NCBI RefSeq assembly: GCF_964023245.1 | Contig: NZ_OZ026884.1 | Coordinates: 220,026-244,025, forward strand | Origin: Candidatus Methylocalor cossyra | GTDB lineage: Bacteria > Pseudomonadota > Gammaproteobacteria > Methylococcales > Methylococcaceae | DNA: 24,000 nucleotides | Direction of reading: 5' to 3' | In this document: piece by piece, positions 13,914 through 23,600 of the stretch | Layout: every line of letters starts with the position of its first letter | How positions within the stretch are numbered: position 1 is the first letter of the stretch | Translations under genes and position numbers: made by a program | Notes under the pieces: model-generated | What the model was told of the DNA's origin: nothing | The model's input: the letters and a program-made list of their open reading frames with translations, nothing else | Database searches by the model: none

Positions 13914-15923
13914 GTGGACACACTGAATCCCCAACAACGCGCCGCAGTGGTCAAGCTGGACGGTCCGCTCCTGGTGTTGGCCGGGGCGGGCAGCGGCAAG
14001 ACCAAGGTGATCACGGAAAAGATCGGGTATCTGATCCGGCAGGGGCTGCCGGCCCGCCATATCGCCGCGGTCACCTTCACCAACAAGGCCGCCCGGGAAA
14101 TGCAAGCGCGCGTGGGACAGATCGTAGATCCGAGCCGCCTGCGGGGTCTTACGGTGTCCACCTTCCACGCCCTGGGGCTGGAGATCCTGCGCGAGGAGCA
14201 CGGCGCACTGGGCTACAAAAAGGCCATGTCCATTTTCGACGAGCACGACCGGCTGGCGCTGATCAAGGAGCTGCTCAAGCACACCGGGCAGGCCGGGGAA
14301 CTGGACCAGGCAGAGCGCTATGCCTGGCAAATCGGCCGCTGGAAGAACCTGTTCATCACCCCGGAGCGGGCGCTGGCGGAAGCCGGCCCGACGGAACAGC
14401 CGGCGGCGCGGTTGTACGCTGCCTATGGGCAGCACATGAAAGCCTACAACGCGGTGGATTTCGACGATCTGATCCTGCTGCCGGCGCTGTTGTTCCAGAA
14501 TGACGGAGCGATCCTGGAAAAATGGCGCAACCGCATCCGTTACCTCCTGGTGGACGAATACCAGGACACCAACCTGACCCAGTACCAATGGCTCAAACTT
14601 CTCTGCGGCCGGCTCGGCCGCTTCACCGTGGTAGGCGACGACGACCAATCCATCTACGCCTGGCGCGGCGCCCGGCCGGAGAATCTCCGCCAGTTGTGCC
14701 AGGATTTTCCCCGCCTCGAAGTGATCAAGCTGGAGCAGAACTACCGCTCCACCGGGCGCATCCTCCGGGTGGCCAATGCGCTCATCCAAAACAATCCCCA
14801 CGCCTTCCCCAAGCGCCTGTGGAGCGCCCTAGGCCAGGGCGACCCGGTGCGGGTGTTGAGCCACCGGGACGAGGTGCAGGAAACCCGCCGGATCGTGGCG
14901 GATCTGGTCCATCACCGCTTCCGCCACGGCGCCCGCTACCAGGACTACGCCATCCTGTACCGCAGTAACCATCAGGCGCGGCCTTTCGAGCAGGCGCTGC
15001 GGGAACACGGCATCCCCTACTTCATCAGCGGCGGCTGGTCCTTCTTCGCCTATGCGGAAGTCAAGGACATTCTGGCCTACCTGAGACTCCTGGTGAATCC
15101 CGACGACGACGCGGCCTTTCTCCGGATCATCAATGTGCCGCGCCGCGAGATCGGCCCCGCCACCTTGGAAAAGCTCGGCGCCTACGCCAGCCGCCGGCAC
15201 CTCAGCCTGTTCGCTGCCTGCGGTGAACTGGGCCTGAGGGCGTTGTTGCCGGAAACCGCCTGGCAGCGCCTGCGCCAGTTCCGCCACCGCATCGACCAGG
15301 CAGCCGACCGCGCCCGGCGCGGCGATCCCCTCGCCGCTGTCGACGAGCTTATTGCCACCATCGACTATGAAGCCTGGCTCCGGGAAACCGCCACCGATGC
15401 TGCAGCCGCTCGGCGCAAGCTGGGCCGGGTGCGGGAGTTAGTGGATTGGCTCCGGCGGCTCACCGGCGAGGATTCGGCCCAGGGAAAGTCCCTGGCCGAG
15501 GTGGTCTCTCACCTCATGCTGGTGGACTTACTGGACCGCCAGCGGGAACACCAGGCCGGCGACCGGGTCAGCCTAATGACCCTGCATGCCGCCAAGGGCT
15601 TGGAATTCCCCTACGTCTATCTGGTGGGGATGGAGGAGGACATCCTCCCGCACCAGACCAGCATCGAGGACAACAGCATCGAGGAGGAGCGCCGCCTCGC
15701 CTATGTCGGCATCACCCGCGCCCAGAGGCTGCTGACCTTGAGCTACTGCCGGCAGCGCAAGCGCCATGGCGCGCTGGTCACTTGCCGCCCCAGCCGGTTC
15801 CTGGAGGAGCTCCCGCCGGCGGAATTGGAATGGCCCGACCGTCATCCCCTCGCCCCGGAGCTCAAAAAGGAACGGGGCCAGGCCTCCCTCGCCCATATCC
15901 GCAGTCTGTTAAACGACCGTTGA
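13914..15923 (+). CDS. rep: ATP-dependent DNA helicase Rep (UvrD/Rep superfamily 1), ~669 aa
   Basis: It has LNPQQRAAV...LLVLAGAGSGKTKVITEKIGYLI...HIAAVTFTNKAAREM, then YLLVDEYQDTN and VVGDDDQSIYAWRGA, and MTLHAAKGLEFPYVYLVG near the C-terminus. It is colinear with E. coli Rep. The start is ambiguous. I chose GTG 13914 because it aligns with the E. coli Rep N-terminus. The ORF-track start (TTG 13854) adds 20 unconserved residues. Neither has a good SD. Confidence 0.9.
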   Translation: MDTLNPQQRAAVVKLDGPLLVLAGAGSGKTKVITEKIGYLIRQGLPARHIAAVTFTNKAAREMQARVGQIVDPSRLRGLTVSTFHALGLEILREEHGALGYKKAMSIFDEHDRLALIKELLKHTGQAGELDQAERYAWQIGRWKNLFITPERALAEAGPTEQPAARLYAAYGQHMKAYNAVDFDDLILLPALLFQNDGAILEKWRNRIRYLLVDEYQDTNLTQYQWLKLLCGRLGRFTVVGDDDQSIYAWRGARPENLRQLCQDFPRLEVIKLEQNYRSTGRILRVANALIQNNPHAFPKRLWSALGQGDPVRVLSHRDEVQETRRIVADLVHHRFRHGARYQDYAILYRSNHQARPFEQALREHGIPYFISGGWSFFAYAEVKDILAYLRLLVNPDDDAAFLRIINVPRREIGPATLEKLGAYASRRHLSLFAACGELGLRALLPETAWQRLRQFRHRIDQAADRARRGDPLAAVDELIATIDYEAWLRETATDAAAARRKLGRVRELVDWLRRLTGEDSAQGKSLAEVVSHLMLVDLLDRQREHQAGDRVSLMTLHAAKGLEFPYVYLVGMEEDILPHQTSIEDNSIEEERRLAYVGITRAQRLLTLSYCRQRKRHGALVTCRPSRFLEELPPAELEWPDRHPLAPELKKERGQASLAHIRSLLNDR

Positions 15924-15946
15924 TCGGGTTATACTGTGCCGCCCAA

Positions 15947-16023
15947 GTGCCCGTAGCTCAGTTGGATAGAGTACTGGCCTCCGAAGCCAGAGGTCGTGGG
16001 TTCAAGTCCCGCCGGGCACGCCA
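15947..16023 (+). tRNA. tRNA-Arg (anticodon CCG), 77 nt with encoded CCA
   Basis: The sequence folds by hand into a cloverleaf. The acceptor stem is GTGCCCG/CGGGCAC and the D arm is GCTC-AGTTGGATA-GAGT. The anticodon stem is CTGGC/GCCAG with loop CTCCGAA (anticodon CCG). The variable loop is AGGTC and the T arm is GTGGG-TTCAAGT-CCCGC. Discriminator G and CCA follow. Confidence 0.93.
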
Positions 16024-16031
16024 ATTCCCGC

Positions 16032-16059
16032 GCGGCCATGGGTTTCCCCGGCCGCTTTC
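16032..16059 (+). terminator. candidate terminator hairpin after tRNA-Arg
   Basis: GCGGCC-AT-GGG-TTT-CCC-C-GGCCGC is followed by TTTCAGTT. The T-tract is short and interrupted. Confidence 0.4.
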
Positions 16060-16076
16060 AGTTGCGACCGCCGGCC

Positions 16077-16511
16077 TCACCGCAGGCGGTTGATTCCCGC
16101 CTTCCGGTCCCCTGGCCGTTCCGGGTAGCGGCGGACCAATCCCGACAGCCGCTGGAAACTCCAAAAACCCACCGCGCCGAGGGCGGCGCCGAAGCCGTTG
16201 GCGTAGGCATCGAATTGGGAAAAGCTGCGCGTCTCGGTGAGCCAGGCCTGGCCGAATTCCAATCCGATCCCGATGGCCATGGACAGGAGCGCTGCCACGG
16301 CGAAGGCACAGCGCCGCAACGCCAAGATCAGGATCACGGTCAGCAGGGCATAAGCCAGGGCATGGTCCAGCTTGTCCCAGGTCAAGAAGCCCACCGCCGG
16401 GGCCGAGCTCGGCCGGAGCCAGGGATTCAGGCTCAAAAACACCAGCGCGGCCAGGTAAAGTGCCAATAACCATCGGGTCAAGGCCGATAAGCGGTGGTTT
16501 CTGGCCGACAT
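16077..16511 (-). CDS. VanZ-like family membrane protein, 144 aa
   Basis: I trimmed ORF 16077..16610 to ATG 16511 (MSARNHRLSALTRWLLALYLAALVFLSLNPW...). It has several TM segments and the VanZ-type motif WDKLDHALAYALL. No SD is seen, so the start is uncertain. Confidence 0.7.
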   Translation of the reverse strand: MSARNHRLSALTRWLLALYLAALVFLSLNPWLRPSSAPAVGFLTWDKLDHALAYALLTVILILALRRCAFAVAALLSMAIGIGLEFGQAWLTETRSFSQFDAYANGFGAALGAVGFWSFQRLSGLVRRYPERPGDRKAGINRLR

Positions 16512-16718
16512 CGTCTGGGTTGGGGTAGGGTCTCGGGAAGCGGGGAGCGGAGCCACCTGCGGGATACTCCGGCCGCGCGGGATAGTACAACGGCTATCCC
16601 GCGCCCGCAACGAACGGACGTGCTTTCCGCATGCGGCGATACCCTTCGCGGGGGCATTGTGACATTCTTATGACCCGCTTTTGACCCGCCCGGCGTAACA
16701 CCCACGACGAGAACACCG

Positions 16719-18437
16719 ATGCTGCGCATTCCCATCAATGAACAGGGCTGGGGCCTGGCGGTCCGGCTCATCCGTGATTTCAAGGACTCCCACTACGGCG
16801 GTAAGGCCATCGCGCTGTTCGCGTCCCTCATCGCGCTGCTGTTCGGCGTGAACGGCCTCAATATCCTCAACAGCTACGTGGGACGGGACTTCGTGACCGC
16901 CATCGCCGACCGCGACATGCCCCGCTATCTCGGCCAAGCCGTGCTGTACATAGGGGTGTTCGCCGCCTCCACGGTGGTCGCGGTGATCCTGCGCTATGCG
17001 GAAGAACGCCTCGGGCTGCTGTGGCGGGACTGGATGACCCGCCGCTTCGTCGAGCTCTATCTCCGCTATCCCACCTACTACCGGATGAACGATCCCCTCA
17101 TCAAGAGCACCGGCATCCAGCATCCCGACCAGCGCATCGCCGACGACGTGCGGGTATTCACCACCACCACCCTGTCCTTCACGCTCATGTTGCTCAACAG
17201 CAGCTTCACGGTCCTGGCCTTCTCGGGGGTGCTGTGGAGCATCAGCCCCCTGTTGTTCGCCGTGGCGGTGTTGTATGCCGTGGTCGGGTCCTACGTCACC
17301 GTGCTGCTGGGGCGCCCGCTGATCGATCTCAACTACACCCAGTTGGACAAGGAAGCCGGCTTCCGCGCCGGCCTGCTCCATGTCGGCGAACGGGCCGAAT
17401 CCATCGCCCTGCTGCACCGGGAAGGACGGATGGCAGGCCGCCTGACCCGGCGCTTCAACGATGTGGTGGCCAATTTCCAGAAAATCATCCTAGTCAACCG
17501 GAACCTGGGCTATTTCACCACCGGCTATAACTACCTGGTGCAAATCCTCCCGGTGCTGATCGTCGCCCCCCTGTTCATTAAGGGCAAGGTCGAATTCGGC
17601 GTCATCACCCAGTCGGCCATGGCCTTCGCCATGCTGATCGGCGCCTTCTCCTTGATCATCACCCAGTTCCAATCCCTTTCCTCCTTCGCCGCGGTGATCG
17701 AGCGGTTGATCAATCTGTGGTATGCGATCGAATTGGCGCAGGCCGAAACCGCCAGTGGGATCTCCTTCGAGGAAAACGACGACCGGGTCGAGTACGAAAA
17801 TCTCACCCTCCGCTCGCCCACCGAACGGCGCATACTGGTGGACAACCTGTCCATTACCGTGCCGCACGGTACGCGGGTGCTCATCACCGGCGAGGACGAG
17901 GCGGCCAAGGAAGCCCTGTTCAAAGCCACCGCGGGAATCGCCGACATCGGCACCGGACGGATCGTCCGGCCGCGGCTGGATCGTATCCTGTTCCTGCCGG
18001 AGCGGCCCTATCTGCCGCCGGGAACCCTGCGCGAGGCGCTGATCCCCGACGAGCGGGAGGAGGCCAGCACCGATGCCGAGATCCAGGAAACCCTGCACGT
18101 CCTAGGCCTGGATTCGGTGCTAGCGCGCGCCGGGGGACTGGACGTGGAGGCGGACTGGGATTCTCTGCTCTCGATCCACGAGCAGCAATTGGTGTCCTTC
18201 GCCCGCATCCTGCTCGCCCGGCCGCGCTTCGCCTTCCTCGAAAACCCGAGCGCCGACCTGGATGCCGCGAAAACGGCCGAAATGCTGCAACTGTTGCGGG
18301 AGCGGAACATCAGCTATCTGACCTTGGGCCGGCCGGGCCACCGGGATCGGGATGAGCGTCTGGAAAGTTACGATGCCGTGCTTCATCTCAAGCCGGAAGG
18401 CCAATGGGAGTGGCAAACCCTACGCTCGGGGGAATAG
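16719..18437 (+). CDS. YddA/ABCD-type fused ABC transporter (ABC_membrane_2 permease + degenerate nucleotide-binding domain), 572 aa
   Basis: The TMD carries the family motif IQHPDQRIADDV (compare the DNPDQRI motif of ABCD/YddA-type transporters). The C-terminal domain is colinear with an ABC NBD (FLPERPYLPPGTLREAL, LSIHEQQLVSFARILLARPRFAFLEN), but its catalytic motifs are substituted (see findings). Confidence 0.8.
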   Translation: MLRIPINEQGWGLAVRLIRDFKDSHYGGKAIALFASLIALLFGVNGLNILNSYVGRDFVTAIADRDMPRYLGQAVLYIGVFAASTVVAVILRYAEERLGLLWRDWMTRRFVELYLRYPTYYRMNDPLIKSTGIQHPDQRIADDVRVFTTTTLSFTLMLLNSSFTVLAFSGVLWSISPLLFAVAVLYAVVGSYVTVLLGRPLIDLNYTQLDKEAGFRAGLLHVGERAESIALLHREGRMAGRLTRRFNDVVANFQKIILVNRNLGYFTTGYNYLVQILPVLIVAPLFIKGKVEFGVITQSAMAFAMLIGAFSLIITQFQSLSSFAAVIERLINLWYAIELAQAETASGISFEENDDRVEYENLTLRSPTERRILVDNLSITVPHGTRVLITGEDEAAKEALFKATAGIADIGTGRIVRPRLDRILFLPERPYLPPGTLREALIPDEREEASTDAEIQETLHVLGLDSVLARAGGLDVEADWDSLLSIHEQQLVSFARILLARPRFAFLENPSADLDAAKTAEMLQLLRERNISYLTLGRPGHRDRDERLESYDAVLHLKPEGQWEWQTLRSGE

Positions 18438-18684
18438 TCTCGCTGAGGCAACGCGAAAACGCCCCCGACCCCGTCTTGCCGGCGAGGCTACGTAGAAGTC
18501 CCCATTATCGTCGGCGTAGGCTGCAGCTATTTTTTTTATGGGACCTTGCTCGGGTCTTGGGCTTTCAGGACAAGCGGTTCCCGCTGCGCGCTGCGAAGTC
18601 CGTGTCTCGCCTACACGCCGAGTTTCTCGGGCCGCGCATGCGGAGTTGCCTTCACCGATGCCTTCCGCTTCCGAGGACCCCGCC

Positions 18685-18924
18685 ATGCCAGTCAGCACCG
18701 TCAGCTCCCTGTATTCCGGTCAATTCGACACCTTGCGGGAATTCTTCTACAGCATCCAGCCACCCTACACGCTGGCCCACATCCGCGAGTTCAACGCCAT
18801 CTACCGGCGCATCTACCCGCAGCTTTCCCGCGAGGAGAAACGCCGCGCCGAAGAGTTCGTCGATGCTCTCATCGCCGGGCTCGAAAACCCGGAATGGGCC
18901 TCGAAGATCTTCGGCGTCGTTTGA
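18685..18924 (+). CDS. hypothetical protein, 79 aa
   Basis: I trimmed ORF 18538..18924 to ATG 18685 (GAGGA 9 nt upstream). The sequence is MPVSTVSSLYSGQFDTLREFFYSIQPPYTLAHIREFNAIYRRIYPQLSREEKRRAEEFVDALIAGLENPEWASKIFGVV. It has a strong G/C third-position bias and a non-repetitive, helix-like composition. I recognised no family. Confidence 0.55.
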   Translation: MPVSTVSSLYSGQFDTLREFFYSIQPPYTLAHIREFNAIYRRIYPQLSREEKRRAEEFVDALIAGLENPEWASKIFGVV

Positions 18925-19152
18925 GTCCTCGCCGGACCTGAGCTAGGGCTTGGCAGCGCACCGCCCGTGGCTTCCAGGGTCTGAGCGCAACCCGCTGGGG
19001 CTCCCACCCCTGCCCCGCCTACCGGCATTAAGGGTAGGGTTTCGGCTCCCCGGTGCCGGGCAGTTCGGACCGGTGGTTCCGGGACCCATATCCCGGTCTT
19101 CAAGCCACCGAAACATTGAGGCGGCATCCTGTCCCTCCTTTCCATCTTCCCC

Positions 19153-20634
19153 GTGGGGCATGCCGCCGTGCGCCAGAACTTGCTAGGCTTGGCCATCGTA
19201 AGCTCGTGTTTCGCCATCCCGACCACCGTCCACGCGACCCCGATCCTGCTCGCCATCGGCAGCCTGACCGGGAGTTCTGCGGGCGCCAACGCCGATCTAT
19301 CGGGTTTGACGTACCCGCTGGAAAACGGCGTGCCAGCCAATCTGCTCGGCGGCCTTGGTTCCGCCCTGGCCTACGCCGGCAATGGCCTCTTCATCGCCAC
19401 CCCGGACCGGGGCCCTAACGCCCTCACCTTCAATCCGCTGGTGGACAACACCGTTTCCTACATCAACCGGTTCCAGACCCTGACCATGACCCTGGCCCCT
19501 CACCCAGGGCCGGGCTTGCCCTATACGCTGACGCCCACGTTGACTGGGAGCACCTTGCTCTGGAACCCGACGCCGCTCTACTACGGCGACGGGAGCCTTG
19601 GCACCGACGGCAGCCACACCCTCGGCAGCGGGGTCCCCGCCGCCAACACGGGCGACGCCTATTACTTCACCGGTCGTTCCGACGGCTTTGGCCCCGGCCC
19701 TTCATCCAACCCGGCTGACGCGCGCTTCGACCCGGAAGGCGTGCGGGTCTCCGCCGACGGCAAGAGCGTATTCATCTCCGATGAATACGGTCCCTTCATC
19801 TACCAATTCGACCGTGCCACGGGGCAACGCCTCCGAAGTTTCACCCTGCCCGCCCACCTGGCCGTCGCCCATCCGGGACCTACCACGGCCGCGGAATCCA
19901 AACCCGCCAACAGCTCCGGCCGGGTGCCCAACAAGGGTATGGAAGGATTGGCGATCACGCCTGACGGGAAAACCCTGGTGGGCATTCTGCAGGCGCCCCT
20001 GCTGCAGGACAAGAACGACTACCTGCGCTTGGTGAGCCTCGACATCGCCACCGGCGCCACCCGCGAGTACGCCTATCCGCTCACCGCGGGCTCGGGTGTG
20101 AGCGAGATCGTGGCCATCAACGACCACCAATTTCTGGTCGACGAGCGCGACGGCAAGGGACTGGGGGACGGCACCAACGCCCGGGTGAAAGACGTCTTCC
20201 GGATCGACCTCCAGGGCGCCACGGACGTGAGCGGCATCGCCACCTTGAAGGACGGCGCGGGGTTCGTGCCGGTGGCCAAGAGCGAGGTCCCCCTGTTCAA
20301 CCTGGTGAACCTTTTGGAAACCGTCGGCATCGGACCGGACCAAGTACCCGCGAAGATCGAAGGGCTCGCCTTCGGTCCGGACCTGGTCGACCCACACCTT
20401 GGCCTGCTGCACACCCTGTTCATCGCCAACGACAACGACTTCGTGCCCAGCGCCGCCTATGCCGACCCGGGCGCCCCCGTGGCCGGCCCCAACCTATTCT
20501 ACGTGGTCGGTCTCAGCGACAGCGACCTGCCCGGCTTCCAGAATCAGCGCATCCCGGTCCCGGGAACCCCGTGGCTGGTGGCGGCCGGCTTAGGCTTCGG
20601 CCTCCGTTACCGGCGGACAAGCCGACCCGGCTGA
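19153..20634 (+). CDS. secreted phytase-like (esterase-like activity of phytase family) protein with PEP-CTERM-like C-terminus, ~493 aa
   Basis: It has a signal-peptide-like N-terminus (LLGLAIVSSCFAIPTTVHA). Motifs DPEGVRVSADGKSVFISDEYGPFIYQF and NKGMEGLAITPDGKTL...QAPLLQD match the phytase-like beta-propeller family as I remember it. The start is GTG 19153 or GTG 19168. The C-terminal tail reads VPGTPWLVAAGLGFGLRYRRTSR. Confidence 0.75.
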   Translation: MGHAAVRQNLLGLAIVSSCFAIPTTVHATPILLAIGSLTGSSAGANADLSGLTYPLENGVPANLLGGLGSALAYAGNGLFIATPDRGPNALTFNPLVDNTVSYINRFQTLTMTLAPHPGPGLPYTLTPTLTGSTLLWNPTPLYYGDGSLGTDGSHTLGSGVPAANTGDAYYFTGRSDGFGPGPSSNPADARFDPEGVRVSADGKSVFISDEYGPFIYQFDRATGQRLRSFTLPAHLAVAHPGPTTAAESKPANSSGRVPNKGMEGLAITPDGKTLVGILQAPLLQDKNDYLRLVSLDIATGATREYAYPLTAGSGVSEIVAINDHQFLVDERDGKGLGDGTNARVKDVFRIDLQGATDVSGIATLKDGAGFVPVAKSEVPLFNLVNLLETVGIGPDQVPAKIEGLAFGPDLVDPHLGLLHTLFIANDNDFVPSAAYADPGAPVAGPNLFYVVGLSDSDLPGFQNQRIPVPGTPWLVAAGLGFGLRYRRTSRPG

Positions 20635-20649
20635 TCCCACCAGGGATCA
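20632..20649. terminator. hairpin between the convergent phytase-like gene and hrpA
   Basis: TGATCCC-ACCA-GGGATCA forms a 7-bp stem with a 4-nt loop. The two arms contain the stop codons of both convergent genes (TGA at 20632..20634; minus-strand TGA at 20649..20647). There is no U-tract on either side. Confidence 0.35.
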
Positions 20650-23600
20650 GGATGCCATCCCCACCCGTTTCCAGGCTTCTTCCAAACGCTTGGCCGACAC
20701 CGGATAGGGGGTTTTGAGCTGCTGGGCGAACAACGACACCCGGAATTCTTCCAGATGCCAGCGGAACTCCTCCCGTTCCGGCACCCGCTTACCCTTGGCT
20801 GCCTTCACGCTGTTCCAATAGCGCTGCCAGAAGGGTACCAGTTCCTGGTACAGCCTCAGGTCACGGGCCGGGTCCTGCAAGGATTTCTCCAGGCGGTGCA
20901 CGACCGCCCGCAGATAGCGCGGCATCTCCCTAAGGCGCGCATACGGGGTGGTGATCCAGAAACCGGCATAGATCAAGAGCTCCAGCTGCTCCCGAAGATC
21001 GTTTCGCACGGGGCCGGGCACCAAGCTCTGCAGCCGGGTTTGCACGTCACCGTAGAGCTGGAGCACCAGCTGCGCGGTCTTCTCCACCGCCTCGGCGGTG
21101 GGCAACAACTCGCTGCGGCGGGCCTTCAACCGCCCTTCGAACTGGGCCGCGTTGCGCAGATCCCCCTGCCCTTCCAGGAACGCCGCCGCCAGAATGCGAT
21201 CCACAAGATCCTCCCGCAGGTCCCGACCCGGCCGTAGATCGGCATGAAGAAAGGGATGCCCTGGGAGTTGTCGGTATAGGAGCTCGGCTTGGGGGCCTAG
21301 CCTCAGATCCTTCTTGAGCGCTTTCACGTCCTTGGCCAAGGCCAACCGGCACAGCCGCAGCAAACCGCGCTCCTGGTGACGGGCGGCCTCGTCGCGGCTA
21401 TCGAAAATCCTCACCCCGACCGTTTCCCCCTCGTCCACCACCGCCGGGAAGCCATAGATCGGCTGGCCTTCGTGTTGACCTTCGAAGTGCTCGGGAAGCT
21501 CACCGAAATCCCAGCCACGCCGACCGGTCCGCACAAAGGCTTGGCCGGCCAGGGCCCGGTAGTTGCGCTCGGCCTCGGCGAAGTGCCGTGCCTTCAGGGC
21601 TTCGAGATCCCGGGACCGGTCCAACACCCGGCCGAACTCGTCCACCACGGCGAAATTCATGCGCAGGTGGGCAGGCAAGCCGTCCTCGCTGAAGGCCGCC
21701 GCGGGCACGCTCGGGCCGCCGGTCTTCTTGAGCGCTGCCCCGAGCTGGGCGAACAGGGAACCCTGCCGGTAGTCCAGCATGGGCAGCACCCGGTCGGCAT
21801 AATCGGGGACCGGCACGAAATGGATGCGCCAGGTTTTGGGCAGCGCCTTGATCAAGGCGATGGTCTTTTCCCGCATAAGGCCTGGCACTAACCAGCGGAA
21901 CGGCTCGGGATCGAGCTGGTTTAAAAGGTGCAGCGGCACGATGGCGGTCACGCCATCGTCCTCGTGGCCCGGCTCGAATCGGTATTGCAGGGCCAAGGTA
22001 AACGGGCCGATGGCGAGGCGGTCCGGGAAGTTCGCTTCATCCAGCGCGGCATCTTCCCCGCGGGTCACGTCGGCCCGACTGAGCATCAGCAGGCGGGGAT
22101 TGTGCCGCTCGGCGACCCTGCGCCAGCGCTCGAAGCTGAGCCCATCCACTACCTCGGGGGGAATCTTCTCGTCGAAGAAGCGGTACAGCTTTTCCTCGTC
22201 CACCAACAGGTCCACCCGCCGGCCCTTGTGCTGGAGATAATCCGCCTCCTCCAGCAGTTTGAGATTGTGCAGGAAAAACGGTGCCTTGCTGTCATACTCC
22301 ATCCGCACCAAGGCCGAACGGATGAAGATCTCCCGCGCACCCGCTGGGTTGATGCGGGCATAGGGAATCCTGCGCCCGGACTGGATCACCAGCCCATACA
22401 GGGTGCTGCGCTCATGCACCGCCACCCGCGCTGCCTTTCGCTCCCAGTGGGGGTCGTAGTACTGGTAGTTGACAAGATGCGCCCCCACCTGTTCGATCCA
22501 CTCCGGCTCGATCTTGGCCACCGTGCGGGCGTAGACCTTGCTCGTCTCCACCTGTTCCGCGGATACGATCCATTGCGGCTTGGACTTGAACAGGAACGAC
22601 CCGGGATGGATAAGCAGCTTGATGCCCCGGGCACCCACATATTCGTTTTGATCCTGTTTGTGGGCGACGTTCCCCAACAGGCCGGACAGCAGGGCGCGAT
22701 GGATCTCCCCATACTCCGCCGGCACCTGATTCGGTTGGAGTGCCCATTCCCCTTTGAGCACCTCCATGATCTGGCCATGGATGTCGCGCCATTCCAACAT
22801 CCTGAGGTAGGACAGGAAGTGGTCGCGACAATATTGCCGCAGTTTGGCCTTGGACAGATGCTGCTGCTGTGCCTGGAACTCGTGCCACAGCTTCAGTAGG
22901 GCCAGGAAATCGGAGTTTTCGTCACGGAACCGGGCGTGTTGCTGATCCGCCTTCTGAGCCTGGTCGGCCGGTCGCTCGCGCGGATCGGGAATGCTCAGGG
23001 CGGCGACGATCACCGCGACCTCAGCCAGGCAATGCTGTTCGGCACCGGCCAACAGCATGCGCCCCAGCCTGGGATCCACCGGCAGCTTGGCCAGTTTCCG
23101 GCCGATCTCGGTGAGCCGGCGTTGCGCGTCGAGCGCCTGGAGTTCCTGCAGGGTCTTGAGCCCGTCGCGGATCAGCCGCTCGTCGGGCCGCTCCAGAAAC
23201 GGAAAGGCTGCGATGTCCCCGAGCCTGAGGGCGTGCATCTGGAGAATAACCGCCGCCAGGTTGGTGCGCAGGATTTCCGGTGGGGTGAACGGGGCGCGGC
23301 TTTGGAAATCTTGCTCCGAATAGAGGCGAATGGCGATACCGGGGCCGACTCGCCCGCAGCGCCCGGCCCGTTGGTTGGCGGAGGCTTGGGAGATCTTCTC
23401 GATGGGCAGCCGTTGCAGCTTGCTGCGGTGGCTGTAGCGGCTGATACGGGCGTAACCGGTGTCGATGACGGCGCGGATGCCCGGCACGGTCAGTGAGGTT
23501 TCCGCGACGTTAGTGGCAAGGACGATGCGGCGCCGGCCGCTCGGGCGGAACACCCGCTCCTGTTCGCGCTGAGACAGGCGGGAATAAAGCGGCAGGATTT

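Noticed and set aside
18500-18535. A T8 run (18525..18532) considered as an intrinsic terminator for the ABC transporter gene.
   Set aside because: The sequence just upstream (GGCTGCAGCT) is a loop-less palindrome that cannot form a stable hairpin. I found no convincing stem, so I did not annotate it as a terminator.
15947-20634. The idea that the genes after tRNA-Arg (VanZ-like, degenerate ABC, orphan ORF, PEP-CTERM protein) form a tRNA-integrated genomic island.
   Set aside because: I saw no integrase, recombinase or transposase and no obvious direct repeat of the tRNA 3' end. I noticed no compositional break. The region is bounded by core genes (rep, hrpA).
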